DNA of 64,000 nt from Marsupella aquatica (GCA_973895155.1 OZ316891.1:14663037-14727036); one strand, 5' to 3'. Shown: positions 38,956 to 51,995, counted from the stretch's first letter. The notes: generated by a model from the sequence alone, not told the origin. Numbers and translations are program-made.

Positions 38956-40465
38956 ATGTGTTCAAGAATACGAAAAGTCGGTGAAGAATTTTCCAGCCGT
39001 CTGACTGTTTAGACGATTGGTCATGGGTTTACGGTATTGGTGTACCCAGCCGCCACACGGATAGACTTCGAGATCCCAATAGACCCCCAAGGCTTCGTAG
39101 GATGTGCACACGTTGTGACTTGTGAGTGTGTTTTGAGACCGGCAACCCAGCGGGATGTGTGCGGGACGTGGCAGGGAACACCGAAAGCCGCCGTGACTTC
39201 TACTTTTCCGCCGCTGCTTGCGCTAGAGAAATTACCGGTAATTCAATTTGGGCCCCACTTTCGGTAGAATCAGCTGGCGCATGCTTATAACACCTTCGTT
39301 CTGATTGGGAGCGTTGGCTGGGTCATGATGATCCAGATGGATCACTTTACACGGTACTTATTAAGCAGCTGCTTTTTTGTTGGGACCGGCTTGTATTTCG
39401 GTCGTGACTCTGTGCTCTTGAAGCATCGATTGCAGGTCCTAGCCTTGCTCATATCCCGTGCTACAGTAGTTTGCTGGGAGTCTGGGACCGGTCTCTGTGC
39501 AGTGTGCACGATACGCAACACCCTTCGAGGCATTGGACGCCGGATCGAACGACTCGAAAGTCGAAACTGCGCGGTAGTTTACCAACGGTAGTTTGCCAGC
39601 GAAGGAAAAAGTGTCGGCGCACATGTACACGCATTCTCAGGGACGACATTGAAGACCGGCTCAGTAGTCGCCGAAACCTCACTCATCGTACGTTGTTGAA
39701 AATTGCAGCCTCGACCTCTAATTATATGATGGAGCCTCTGGGTAGTCTGCAGGAACCAGCTTGAATTCGCTTTCCACCGATCAGCCTCCCGATCTCACTC
39801 TGACCTTCGACGTTTAGTTAGCCACTGCTTCGAATTCGATCGATCTGTGCACGTCACATCAAATGGCTCGGAAATTAGTAACCGCAAATCAGCTCGAAAA
39901 CCTTGTAAGCATTGTACATCGAAGCGTTCCAGTTTGGCTTTGGCCAATCGATTTGACTAATTTATGCCTATTGGGTATATCGTAGCTCCTGTGTGTTCGG
40001 GTTTCTGCCATAGATTGCTTATAGACCGCTGGTTTTCCATTTGAATTGTTTGGAGCTTGGAACTTCAACGGTGCAGCTCGAAGACTATTGAAGACTATTT
40101 GTACAGCAGCTCAAGAAACCTCAGAACCTTAAGTGGAGAAATCATGTATCTGATGTTTTTGATGTTGCTGTGGTGAATGTTTTAGGAGCTGGCCTACGAT
40201 GGATACGATCCAACGTGGATTATCGGTGGACATAATGATCCCTTGCCGCACTGGTCATACGGGCCATATGCTGCAGCAGCGGGACATCGCATGCAAGCTA
40301 GCCAGTATCGAAGCCATTCTGAAAACAGCTACAGGGTATTTTCAGTTTGAGCAATACCAAACGAAATGTTTAGGCAGATTCATACGCATGTCAATAACGC
40401 AATATGTGATCATTCATCTCGTTCTTTAGTACCACAATTCAAATCTATCCAAATCGTATATATCG

Positions 40466-41646
40466 ATGGCATTCTTATGGGGAACAGCAGCTGACGCATG
40501 GAAACTCTGGCAGGGATTTTTCAACGACTACGACCCACATAGAATAATATCTGTACCCAGCTACTACGGCCGACCTGCAGCGCCTCAAATACTCGTTCCA
40601 GCACCGCGTCCAGTACCCGGACCCGGACCCGGGCCAGGACCTGTCCTTGTAAAAGCTTCCAAAGTTGCTCCAGTACCCTCGGTGGCAACAGTACTATATC
40701 CTCACGGACACGGTCACAATCTAGGCACTGGTCACGGCTACAAGGTAACGAGCCTTGCCCACTGTACATACGTTACTGCACGCAGCTTTTAGGTAACTTT
40801 TTGCGAACATAAAACCAAACGTTTATGCTTATAAACCATCGATGGGCAGGGGATGAAAAGGAAGCTAGACGGGGATACTGGACTGCACGCGCATCAGCGA
40901 GAATGATGTTCCTTGAGATTTTATCAATATGCTGCAGTGCAAGTCTATGAAATTTTACGATCCAGTGTCTGCATGATAGCCGTTTTGTATGTGAACGCTC
41001 TTACTAGAGTAAGACTGTGAGTCTGTAGTATAGTTGCTGTTGCTCACCTGTTGTGATCAGCTTCGTTGCATAAGTGGAACACTCTGCTGCCAGGCGTATC
41101 TATCAATTTATTGTAACTCTGTTTGGGGTCCTCTCGATTATAGTCTTCTCTTTTCTAGTACGGGTGGTCATTGAAATACCCAACTCTTAGTACCGAATAA
41201 GAAATGGACGTTTGAACTTAATTTGGATGCTGCAGAATATTGTAATTATGAGAATCCCATATTGCTGCAACGGGTGTGAAGAAAAATGGAAGGACAAACT
41301 CACCGAAATACCAGGTGATTATTTATGTGTATCGATGCGAATAACAGTTTCCTTGGATGGGATTTTCAGTACTTACAGATCGACCATGTGCATATATGTG
41401 TGAGTATACTGCTGTCGAACTTACTAACGCCATGATGATATCTATGACCACTGCTACTGATGAGATGACTGACGTTCACAAAAAATCTGCTCTATCTTTC
41501 CAGGTTTCAAGGGAGTGAACGTGGACAGAAGACATGAGGGTAATGTGCTGAGGGCTACCGTGTTTGGAGATATGGATACCCACTCTGTTGTAAAGACAAT
41601 AAGGAAGTGTCAACCTCGGGCGGAGTTGTGGGGAGCCGTCCGATAA
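40466..41646 (+). CDS. Heavy-metal-associated (HMA) domain protein, non-prenylated (HPP-type), with Pro/Gly- and His-rich N-terminus
   Basis: Exons 40466-40744, 41236-41314 and 41504-41646 splice in frame: ...PHGHGHNLGTGHGYK|NIVIMRIPYCCNGCEEKWKDKLTEIPG|FKGVNVDRR...RATVFGDMDTHSVVKTIRKCQPRAELWGAVR*. Contains a CCxxC metal motif and the RAELW ending typical of plant HMA domains. Confidence 0.88.
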
Positions 41647-42775
41647 TTCCTTCTCGCTTGTCATGTCAGGAGAATAACCTTGTTATCGACTGGACGTGAA
41701 GTGGTGCCTGGTTATTACGGGTTCAGCTCGGATCACTAGTCAGAAACTTGTAAATTCATGTACATATATGAGCGAGCGCGGGGAGCGAGCAAGTGAATGG
41801 ACACCCGAAAGGCACTCGTTCGGAATCAGCTGCTTCTCAACAGTGCTGCTCAATTGAACAGAGTGCACGCGCGCTACTGCCAAGCGATGTACCTTTTCAG
41901 TCGATACTTTTGCTGGTATACCAAAAGCAAAATCACTCAGGTTAACTTGACGAAGAGTTGCTAATCAAGAACTTATTGTCAGCGCGCGGGCGGGAGTCTA
42001 CGAATTGAGGATTGGAGTTTGCATGTGTATTAATTCCGCGATGGCAGGAGTTTAACTCTAAGTATATATGCAGTTCCGATGTCGACACAGCAAGGTTCAT
42101 GGAGAAAATGAAAGTGGAAGCTAAACTTGCTCCTCGATGTGTGCATGTCAGTAGTTAGTTCCCAGTCACTCTGCCACTCAGGCAGTCACAACTAAACTAC
42201 ATTAATGCTTGTAGGTGCTATTCGATATCGATTGAGTGCCTCCTCGGCACAGCTACTGTAAATACCGAGCAGCATCGCTGCGAATTATATTTTCCGTGGC
42301 ATGCACGGCACATGTCATAAAGTAGCAGTACTCGAAAGTCTACATTTCGCTAGAGACATGACTTGCCGTGGTCACTTATTAGTTATATCCGGACCAACTC
42401 ATAAGCAGCATCGCATCTCTGTGGCTTGTATAACATCGAATCATTGAATCACTATGCACTTATTCAAGACAGACTTAATGTATGGGCTCGACAGTTTTGT
42501 AGTAGACCGTTACCGTAGAGGTCACCTGTTTCGCGGAACTTGATAGGGAAAAAGATAATCCATGTCATATTTTCCGAAGCTATCGATGCTCCGGCTGGAT
42601 ATATCACAACTCGGTGGAGTCTGAACTTGTATTTGCGCTCGCGTTTTTGAGCTTCTGTTTCTCCTTCTGGTATTCTTTTGGCAAAGCATATTACCACTAT
42701 TCTATTGTGGTAAATCGATTGTGGTGAAAGCAGAATTTGATCTTTCTTCTGTACTATAATTTGGGATTCAAGTAT

Positions 42776-42900
42776 ATGTGCTAAGTTGGCCGGGGGATTA
42801 GCCTAGCACCTAGAGGTGTCGGGTTCAAATCCCCCTCCACGCACAACCGGGTGTGTTTTCTTTAGCCCATGGTTTAACTCTGTCTCCCTCCTTGTGTGTA
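42776..42900 (+). mobile_element. tRNA-derived SINE-like element
   Basis: TGCTAAGTTGG (A-box-like) and GGTTCAAATCC (B-box, 42822-42832), with no complete cloverleaf; related to the 7650-7845 copy. Confidence 0.5.
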
Positions 42901-45900
42901 TCCCTGTAAGGCCTTTGGTTGTTGTCTCTTTTTGTGAGTACACTCTCTTGTGACTACCCTAATACTATCACATGCTATCCTCTGTTTGGACAGTTTGCTT
43001 TTGGCTACTCACTAGAATGTGGCCATAGGTCTTACTTTATGTGCTAGCAGAAAATTTTAATTTTAATTTTGAATTTTTTTTTTGGGTTTTTTTTTGCAAT
43101 GCAAATCCAGGCTCACGTGCTTTGAGGAGCCCTTTTCTCTCAAAATTTAATGAAGTTCTTTTGTAGACCATTAGCTTGTTGCCACATTTGCTAGGAATGA
43201 TGAGGACCTCGGTCCATTTGCGGTAGTTTTAGTTCCTCTTTCTTGGTTTTAGGGGTTTCCTTTTGCTCACTTCTTTTAGTTCATCTTTCTTGGTTTTTAG
43301 GGTTTCCTTTTGCTCACTTCTTCTGCGTTTGATTTTGTCCACTTGGGACCTCTCTTGTTTATTCTTTTGTACTCTATTTGGCCTTTTTCTGTAAAAAGTA
43401 TGTGTATATTATCTTTCTTGAACAACAAGTTAGTCTGTGGCTCCTTCTCAACTATGGTAAACTCTACATCTACAAAGGATAACTAGATTGCACTTGTGAA
43501 AATGAACAAGGATGGGACTCTCTGATATTAGAAAAAATTGATGTTTAAAGTAAGCTTATAAATATAGACCGGGATAGGGGCATGGGGATGGTGATCCATC
43601 CTGTGCATACAATATATTTGGGCAAGTAACGATTAACATGGAGTAGCCCCAACTACCCATTCTTTGAACTTGAATAGCACAAAGAGCAATAAAAGTGTTA
43701 TCAAAATATATTCTCTATTCATATTCTTTGAAGGTTCATGAATGATTAAAAAAACCCCATCATTTTAATAGTCATATATAATATACTATTCTCCTTTCTG
43801 TGCACATCCTTCTTTGTATGCGCGCATATGTTGTGGTGGGGCCATAGTGCCCATGTTTTGAATGTATTTCTTAGACATTACCAAAAAAACTTGCATGTAC
43901 CAGTTGACATACATCATAGTCATGAGTTTTTCCCATGCACATGATCATGGAGTCATGGTCTAGAGGCTTCACTCTAGACCTAGGCTCTTAAAAGTAGAGT
44001 GATTTTATAATAAGATTACCATGGGAATTTGGGCTGGTAAGGATTAAAGATAGAACGTTATAAAGTTCTATAACGTTGGTAGTAACTTGTGGTAGGAATT
44101 TGTGGAGTGACCTTTGTTACTAGTGTCATACATACCAAAAGCAAACAGTTGCAGGAGATGTATAGGCAACTCTGGTACATACATTCATTGAAAGGGTGTC
44201 TTTATAAATTAATATATAAGCCACAAAAGCCCCCGGCAAGGGGACATCATAGCACATGGACCAGGACCAAAAAGGCACAAAGCACATAGCGTCCCACGAC
44301 TGACAGAGAAAGAAGCACAACAAACCAAGACTACTAAAAGTGCTAGGATCCAAATTAAAGAGAATTATACCAGAAAAACAATAAACCTAAAACCAACTAA
44401 CCAACCCTAACCCTTAGTTAATTTGTGGACCCCATGTTCATCTAATGAATGTGTGTGTGATGAAGTGAAATCAATTTTCAGCAAGGCGATAACTGATGGG
44501 TTTGATTCTCCTGGTGGTCTTGATGTGTGCTCATACAAAAGAGAATGCTTGAAAGATAAAAGAGATCGATCTGGTTGAGATGATCTCTCTGGTTTATCAA
44601 ACAAAAGGTTGTATACATGTGGAGGAATTGAGGTTTAATTTTGACGGTTTTTGCTTACATATTGGAGAAATCATGTTTCTACCATTCTTGATTGATAGTT
44701 TGTGAGTTACGTTGAGCATAACTGCCACAAGACAGACCAAAGGACAACACTTAGCTGTTGGCGGAAGAGCACTTGTCATTTGGGTGGGAAGAACGCATGA
44801 AATGGACGAGCCATCACTTCACATGAAGGTTTTGTAGTTTTTTTTATTTAAGAAAGCAATGGTGTGAGGGGGAGACCAGTGATTGTTTATTTGACATAGA
44901 GGTTCCCGTAGAGGTTGCATTTGGCGTCAACCTGTGTTCAGAGTGAGCTTCAATTGAAGCCTAGAGGGACACAAATAATTCAAGCCGAGAAGCAAGCATT
45001 GCGGACAAGCGATGGCGATGTCATCGAAGAAATCAATTTTCAGCGGCTAAGTTTGTGACAATGACGGGATTGTGACATCTTTTCATCAAGAAAGGATGGT
45101 GGACATATTTTGAATGATGTTGCATTTCTTGAGTTGATGACATTTCTTTAAGTGTGTGCAAATTATACAATCATACGGTATCCACTATTCACTTCACAAC
45201 TCAAACTCAAACTCAAACTCAAAACTCAATTAAAGACGGGATTAAAGATTGCTCCTCCGTTTCTTCGATGCTATGTGACAAAATGGCAATACCCTATTCA
45301 CAATCATCTTTAGTTGGTATCTCTCTCATCGAAAGAGAGAGGATCAGGTATGAGCCGTTACTTACTTGCGTTATATTTGAGACATTTATCTAACTAATTA
45401 CATAGTAATCAATTTCAAAACACTCGAAAGGTAACTAATACAGTTACAATGAAAAAAATGACATCTTGTCCTTTGTATTCTAGTTTTTCTACGTTTAATA
45501 CTACGGCATGTCGCCCCATAATTTACACAAATATGAACACAAACATGACAAGGACCTTTTTGTTTTCCAGAAAACCTGCTCTGTCCTATTTGTCACTGAT
45601 GTGGCACATCTTCATGCCAGGGAAATTGCAAGGGACCCTAATGGTGGTCCATAATTAAAAAGGGAGGGAGGCAACGGCTCCAACCAACGCCCCCAAAGCT
45701 CTGGTACGTACATGCATTGAATATGTGAAGAGAAAATAATCAGTTACGGATACGTTAATTAATCTGCAAGTCACCGTCATTCATTCAACTTGGTTCCACC
45801 AAGTTGCACCATATATGAATTGTAATTTTTTTCTAAAATCATGGAGGAAGGAAGTCTTGAACATTGTCTTCCCCTTTTATATTTCCAGTGGCGGGTTAAT

Positions 45901-47149
45901 ACCAGAATCAGACACTACAGGGAGGTCTGGACAGACCAAGAGTACCAAAGCCCACACCAGGAGAATCAGTGTCCCTGTGACTTTGGAATGAGTTTCATTC
46001 TTGGGCAAGACAAAAACTAATGTGGCTGAAAGTCCCTGGCCTTTGCCCCATCCCTTTTGATCATCCCCATGGTTTCCCTGTTGTATCCTATATCCCTTAT
46101 AATAATAATACTCCTCTGTTACTTTAATTCAAGGGATCTATGAGTGTGGGAATTTTTTGAGGTCAGATGTGATTCATCCCTTCCAGCCCAAATCAGGTCC
46201 AATTCCATGAGTTCCTTCCAGCCCAAATCTGAAGAGCCATATCATATGAAAGCACACAAATTCCTCTCTTCAACATATTCTTGGATAAAATTTTGTTGCA
46301 ATTATGGTGCCTTACCCTCAACTACATTGCCGGCTACTAGTCAATGGATGAGAAACAATGCCGCTCTAAACAGCAACAATAGGAGGATTTTTTTGTAGTA
46401 AGGCAAAGTTTAAGGGTACTTGTGTAATTCTGGCAACCAATAAGAACAACTCTAGTGAATATAGATCCAAAATGAGATTAGAGAGCCATTATACTTCATG
46501 CCTGACTCTCCTTGACCTTCAGGCAGGGTACAGACTACCAAGGGCTCCCTGTTGAGTTGCTCTGTCCATCCGAGATTCATTTTTACATGTATTAGCTTCC
46601 TTGCAAGCATTAAAGCATGAAAAACTATTACCTCCTATAATTAGAAAGGGTTGCGTCATTTTTTGAAGTGGTCGTCGTTCAGATTTGCAGGGCACACAAC
46701 ATGAGAAATCCTGTCAGAGAATGAATAAGCGAAAAATAAATTTTTATTAGTGTGAAAAGAAAAGAGTCGTGACACCATTATTGTCGGAGACCATCAAATG
46801 AGATAAACAGAAACAAGGTACTATGGTCACACCATGCACCACGATCAATGTGGATCTCCCTCTCCCTCCATGATCAAAGGAAGTACTCTACATACTCTCA
46901 ATAGGGTGTATATACTCAATACGATAATATTGCATAGTTTAGTGTAATACTTGGAGGAGTTTAATTGTAGATACTACTTTAGTCAGTAAGGGGACTTTAG
47001 TCCAATATTTGGGGTGATTCTATATATTCATTTTTTGTGTCATTTTCACTGCCAAAAAAACAAAAAATAAGACCCAAAGACATAGTAAATATCATGGCAC
47101 GACATTGATGACAAGGTCTCGGGCAAGGGGTACACTTTTACTTAAACAT

Positions 47150-47490
47150 TTTTATACTTCACGGTATCTTTCACATAACTCTTTTGGCACCATGACATCA
47201 TTTAACTTGATGACATCTTTCACATAATGACGTCTATGGCAAAACAACTTCTTCTAGTTTTAAAATGACATCTTTGTACTTAACGACATCATTTTACTTG
47301 ATGACATCTTTCACATAACCATATCTTTGACAAATTACTTCTTTTTTCTCAACGTCATCGTTTTACTTGACAATGTCTTTCACATAATGACATCTTTGGC
47401 AAAACAACTTCTTCTTTTTGAACGACAATTTTTTTACTTGACAACATTTTTCACATAACAACACATTTGGCAAAATGACATTTTTTCTTA
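47150..47490. repeat. Minisatellite, ~75-85 bp units (TTTTACTTGATGACATCTTTCACATAATGACATCTTTGGCAAAACAACTTCTT)
   Basis: Four to five imperfect tandem copies. Confidence 0.8.
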
Positions 47491-50464
47491 ACAACACCAT
47501 TTTGCTTCATGACATGTAGTCATAATATCTTTTGTGCAAGGCACAGGTATTGAGCTAGTGGTAGAATGTTCTTGCGGTATTTGTAATGGTTGTCTGTCAT
47601 TTGCCTTGCCGTTTTCAGTGTCAAAATACAAAACTAACAAAAGCAATGAGGCATATATAGGCAGGGGCATGGTCATCGATGGCAATCTGTCGCAGGTGGG
47701 TGGGGGGGGTGGCACACCTTGCGATGTATGACAGCCTTGCAAGGGCGAGACTGGGCACCTTGCCCTGCACCTTGCCCTCCTTGCAATGGTGGCCAGATGT
47801 CCTCACAAGGACACCTGGCATGGGAGGGAAGCGAGTGGGAGGTGGAGTACAGGAGGGAGGGCAAATGAGAAAAGGAGGAAAGGGAGACCAAACCCAATAA
47901 TAACGGGATCTCACATTATAGAGTTAGATTTTTCTTTCTTCACAAAGATATATAGTTTTCATGCTTTTTCAAACCCATTAAATTGTTACGGGTCTAGTTA
48001 GAGACTCTCGTAATTCTAAAAATTCAGGGAAAAATCCACATCACCTCATAAATTCTTAACCATTGGATCTATGTAATTGGACCATCTAGATTCTTTTCAT
48101 GTGTGAACACTTGTGTGAACAATTAGGTGGGACAAAAGTGTCACTTCAATTCTCAGCCATTGGATGTTTCTGATTGGAGCATCTAGATGCTTTGCATGTG
48201 AGAACACATGTGGGACAAAAATGAGAACTAATGTCAGATTGCATTACATAATGTGCATGCATTGATGTCATGCCAAAATAGATGCATGTATATTTCTCTC
48301 CCATTTTTCTGAACCATACCATGCCAAGTGAATGAGTGTACAATTAACTTTCCCCCATTCTACGCCTCCACATCTATTCTCCACCAAATCATCATCATCA
48401 AACACTACAAGATCCCCCCCCAAATCCCCCCTTTTTCTTTAACTTTTGTCCTTTATAAATGAGGAAAGAGTGTGAGTCTGAAGAGGGTATTTCAAATACT
48501 AAAATATCAAAGATTCTAATAACTTAGGAGGATTGTATATAGACCTAAAATTTCATTTAGAACAAACAAGATAGATTTAAATGTTCCTCCAAAATATAAG
48601 AAGGGGTACCTGGGAGGTTTCGGTCACATGTATATCTCATTACATTTTCCTTAGTGAGGGCCAAGGGGGATGTACATCCTTAATATTGTTAGTTATGTTG
48701 AGATAAAATTGACCCACCATGTTGTCACATGGAACTAGTGCACAATATAGAATCTATTTTGACATAGAGATGTTTGGTTCGCCCAGTTTAGGGTGTGTCT
48801 ATGACCAAAAGAAAAAATTCACTATACACTAACCTTGGGGGCCTCAATCCAAGGGGTGTCCCATATCACGCTCAAAGTTTTGGGGGAATAAACACCCTAA
48901 AAGTTAAGTCAATAAAAGGTTTTTTAGAAAAAAATTTATCCATAACTTAATGGAATATTCTTGGGAATATTCCCATATTTGCTCTTAAAAACCCTATGCT
49001 TCTTATCAAAATTGGATTAAATAACCCTAATGTTCTTCAACAAAAATTTAAAAGTATTTCACTAAACCCAATAAAAAACCCTATACTTATTCGTGAGTGA
49101 TGGGTTGGAAGAAAAGAAGTGAGAACCCCGGGACACTAACACCATACATTGGCTACGGTAGTCACAAATTGAGCTCCATGACACAATATTCTTTTTTCTT
49201 TACAGTCTCCAACTCTTGACCATTGATCTCTAGTGTGAGCACAATAAAGTGTTCCTCCAAGGTATAGGCCTTCTCCACTAGTCTAACCTAAGCAGCACTT
49301 AACCATGATTAATTTGTGCTCCAGTTAACCCCATGTAACCACTTGCCAGAGTTATGTATCAACAAGTTGTTAATTTCCTGCTCTCAACAATGTTGTAATG
49401 GATGGAGCATGCAATTGTAAAAAAGAACACACACACACCCCAATCCTCCCCCACTTAACCCTAAACCTACCCCCTTTCCCTTTACCACATCAAACAACTT
49501 TCCTAATTTTTTTGGCACCAAACAAATTTTGCCTTTCGGTAGAGTCCAATTGATAGAAAAATGGTTTTTTGGTAACAAACAAATCTTGCCTTTTGGTAGA
49601 GTGGCCAATAGATAGAAAAATGGTCAGAAAATTAAAGCTCAATGTTACTAACAGATCCCAACTAGACCCACATACTGGTTTTGGCTCACTCACAGGCAAA
49701 ATATTAATCAGATTCGTTTTTTGGAAAAGTTAAAATATTTGCACGAATTCTAATAGCACTACGGTAGCTAAAAGTACGCTAGGCTTCGGTAGTTCGCCGT
49801 CGAGAACCGGCCGTCTATCTCAATCGTGAACAGCACGGTCCTGTAACGGCCTGTGTCCTTTGTTTGGGCAGGCTCCCCGCTACGGCGCATAATCCGACGG
49901 TAGCGTTCTGTGCAGTCCACCACTACTGCAGTGCTCGAGTCGCGGTTCAGTAACTCAGTTCCTATGCCCGTCACGCCGCCGACGGTGCTACCGTGCCGAG
50001 CGGACTGTACCGTGTTACTGCAGTGCAGAGGATGCCACGTTGCCGACTTGTCCTCTGTTTTCGTTGCCTAGGACAGTGAACTGTGACTCCATCATTGCTA
50101 CGCTCCTGGTTGTTGCGATCTGATCTCGACTGCAGTCGTGGTGGAATAATCCATGTTGTCGTTCTATCCGGCATTGGTGCGTCTGTTCGAAAGTTGGCTT
50201 TCATCCCGCACAATCTTCTCATTTGCGGGAGCACTACTACTGCAGGCTGGAACAGGGGCATCCTCTCGACTCGACTCGAGCTTTGGGTGCGGTGCACGTC
50301 GCGGAGTGTGCTCCATTGAGTGGCGTTGGCGGTGGCGTTTTTGGAGGAGCGATCGTCTGCCGGTACCTTTGATACTGTCACTGAAAGAGCATTTTACTTC
50401 TGTTCTTTTGATGCTTCTGAAGGTTGTCTGCGGAAGTTGCTAGTTGTTCTCTCCCCTGGCAGCT

Positions 50465-50473
50465 TTAGGGTTT
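50465..50473. promoter_or_regulatory. Telo-box (TTAGGGTTT) in the 5' leader of the UBA2c-like gene
   Basis: Reverse-complement AAACCCTAA about 60 nt before the ATG; such boxes are common in plant RNA-metabolism genes. Confidence 0.35.
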
Positions 50474-50534
50474 TTGCGGTAGTGGGGAGAATTGATAATT
50501 GGGACGAAGGTGTGCTTCTTGCTTTGAACTCAGT

Positions 50535-51995
50535 ATGGATTTCAAGAAGAGAAAGGTGAAAGAAGAGGAAAATGGGGCTCCCGTCTTGGTTGAAATTACG
50601 AAGGAGGATGTGAAGAAGTTGATTGAACCCTTCAATAAGGAGCAACTCATCGAGATTCTCCAAGATGCTGCTACGCGTCACACGGACGTGCTGGAGGAAA
50701 TTCGAAAACTCGCCGATAAAGATCCTGCTCACAGGAAGATTTTTGTGCGGGGCTTAGGTTGGGACACTACCTCTGACACCTTGAAAACCATTTTTTCCTC
50801 TTTCGGAGAAGTGGAAGAAGGCGCGGTGATTATGGACAAGAGCACCGGAAAGAGTCGGGGTTTCGGTTTTGTGACTTTTAGGCACATGGATGGGGCACAG
50901 CGAGCTCTCAAAGAGCCCAGTAAGAGAATTGATGGGAGGATGACTGTCTGCCAATTAGCAGCCACGGGGGCTTTGCCACAGGCCCAACCGCAGGAAGTAG
51001 CAACGCGCAAAATTTACGTCGGAAACGTTCCTATGGAATTGACAGCGGATCGGCTTCTTGCTATGTTTGCGCAGTTTGGAGAGATTGAAGAGGGACCCCT
51101 TGGATTCGACAAGTTTACAGGGAGGTCACGGGGTTTTGCTCTCATCATCTATAAGTCAGCTGACTCTGCAAAGCGGTCGTTACAGGAACCCATCAAGAGT
51201 ATCGACGGCCACCAAATGTATTGCAAACTTGCTGTAGAAGGACAGAAACAGAAGACAGGTGGAGCGAGCGGGCAGTCAGGTAAAGTCGATGGTGGAGACG
51301 GAACCAAAAACGGGCTTCAGCTATCTAATACACAGTCTGCTTTAGGTCTGGTTGGGGCCGCAGGTGGAGGCCTCCAGTACGGGACAACACATGGGCTTCT
51401 ATCGAGTGGTTTGGCTCTCAATCAGGGATTAGGGCAGGGTGTGAATCAGGGACTGGGCCAGTTGAGTGGAGGATTGAATCAAGGGCTTACACAAGGACTG
51501 AACCAGGCACTTCAGTCTACTCTGGCTGGCCAGAACCAAAGCCTTACGAACTTAGGTCAAACACTTGGACACAGTCACCATGCTCTAGGGCATACTCTGA
51601 ATTCCGGTCTCGGCCATTCTCTCAACTCTTCTCTGAATAATTCGTACTCTCAAGGTCTGAACCAAGGACTTTCCCAGGGCGTAGGTCAAGGGCTCCAAGT
51701 GCAAACTTCCCTGGGTATGGGAACTTATGGTAATCATGTTGGTATATCAGCGTACGGGACTCAACCTTCAGTTTACAATGGGCAGCCCGCTGCCTATTCA
51801 AACATGGGCGGGATGTCCCTCTACGGGGCTGCAAACAGCACTGTAAACCAGGCAACTGCTTTACAGAACGCCGCTGCTGGAGGTCAATACCAATTTTCTC
51901 CTTATTCGAATTCACAGCTTGCTGTCTCGTCAGCATCTCGTGCACAGACCGTCGGAAATCTTACACATCTACCTTCTTCGTACTACAACCTATAA
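50535..51995 (+). CDS. UBA2C: UBP1-associated protein 2C-like hnRNP with two RRMs and a Gly/Gln/Asn-rich C-terminus
   Basis: Begins MDFKKRK. RRM1: RKIFVRGLGWDTT...KSRGFGFVTF. RRM2: RKIYVGNVP...GEIEEGPLGFDK..GRSRGFALIIY. Single coding exon; true ATG at 50535 rather than the upstream TTG used by the ORF track. Confidence 0.93.
   Translation: MDFKKRKVKEEENGAPVLVEITKEDVKKLIEPFNKEQLIEILQDAATRHTDVLEEIRKLADKDPAHRKIFVRGLGWDTTSDTLKTIFSSFGEVEEGAVIMDKSTGKSRGFGFVTFRHMDGAQRALKEPSKRIDGRMTVCQLAATGALPQAQPQEVATRKIYVGNVPMELTADRLLAMFAQFGEIEEGPLGFDKFTGRSRGFALIIYKSADSAKRSLQEPIKSIDGHQMYCKLAVEGQKQKTGGASGQSGKVDGGDGTKNGLQLSNTQSALGLVGAAGGGLQYGTTHGLLSSGLALNQGLGQGVNQGLGQLSGGLNQGLTQGLNQALQSTLAGQNQSLTNLGQTLGHSHHALGHTLNSGLGHSLNSSLNNSYSQGLNQGLSQGVGQGLQVQTSLGMGTYGNHVGISAYGTQPSVYNGQPAAYSNMGGMSLYGAANSTVNQATALQNAAAGGQYQFSPYSNSQLAVSSASRAQTVGNLTHLPSSYYNL

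Noticed and set aside
42776-42850. Functional tRNA gene
   Set aside because: A and B boxes are present but I could not fold an acceptor stem or cloverleaf; treated as SINE-like.
34020-47490. CRISPR-like appearance of the repeat arrays at 34.0-34.6 kb and 47.2-47.5 kb
   Set aside because: Units are degenerate tandem repeats without unique spacers, in a eukaryotic context with no cas genes.
50153-50443. 96-aa uORF upstream of UBA2c
   Set aside because: The transcription start is unknown and there is no evidence of conservation; could be chance in a GC-rich leader.
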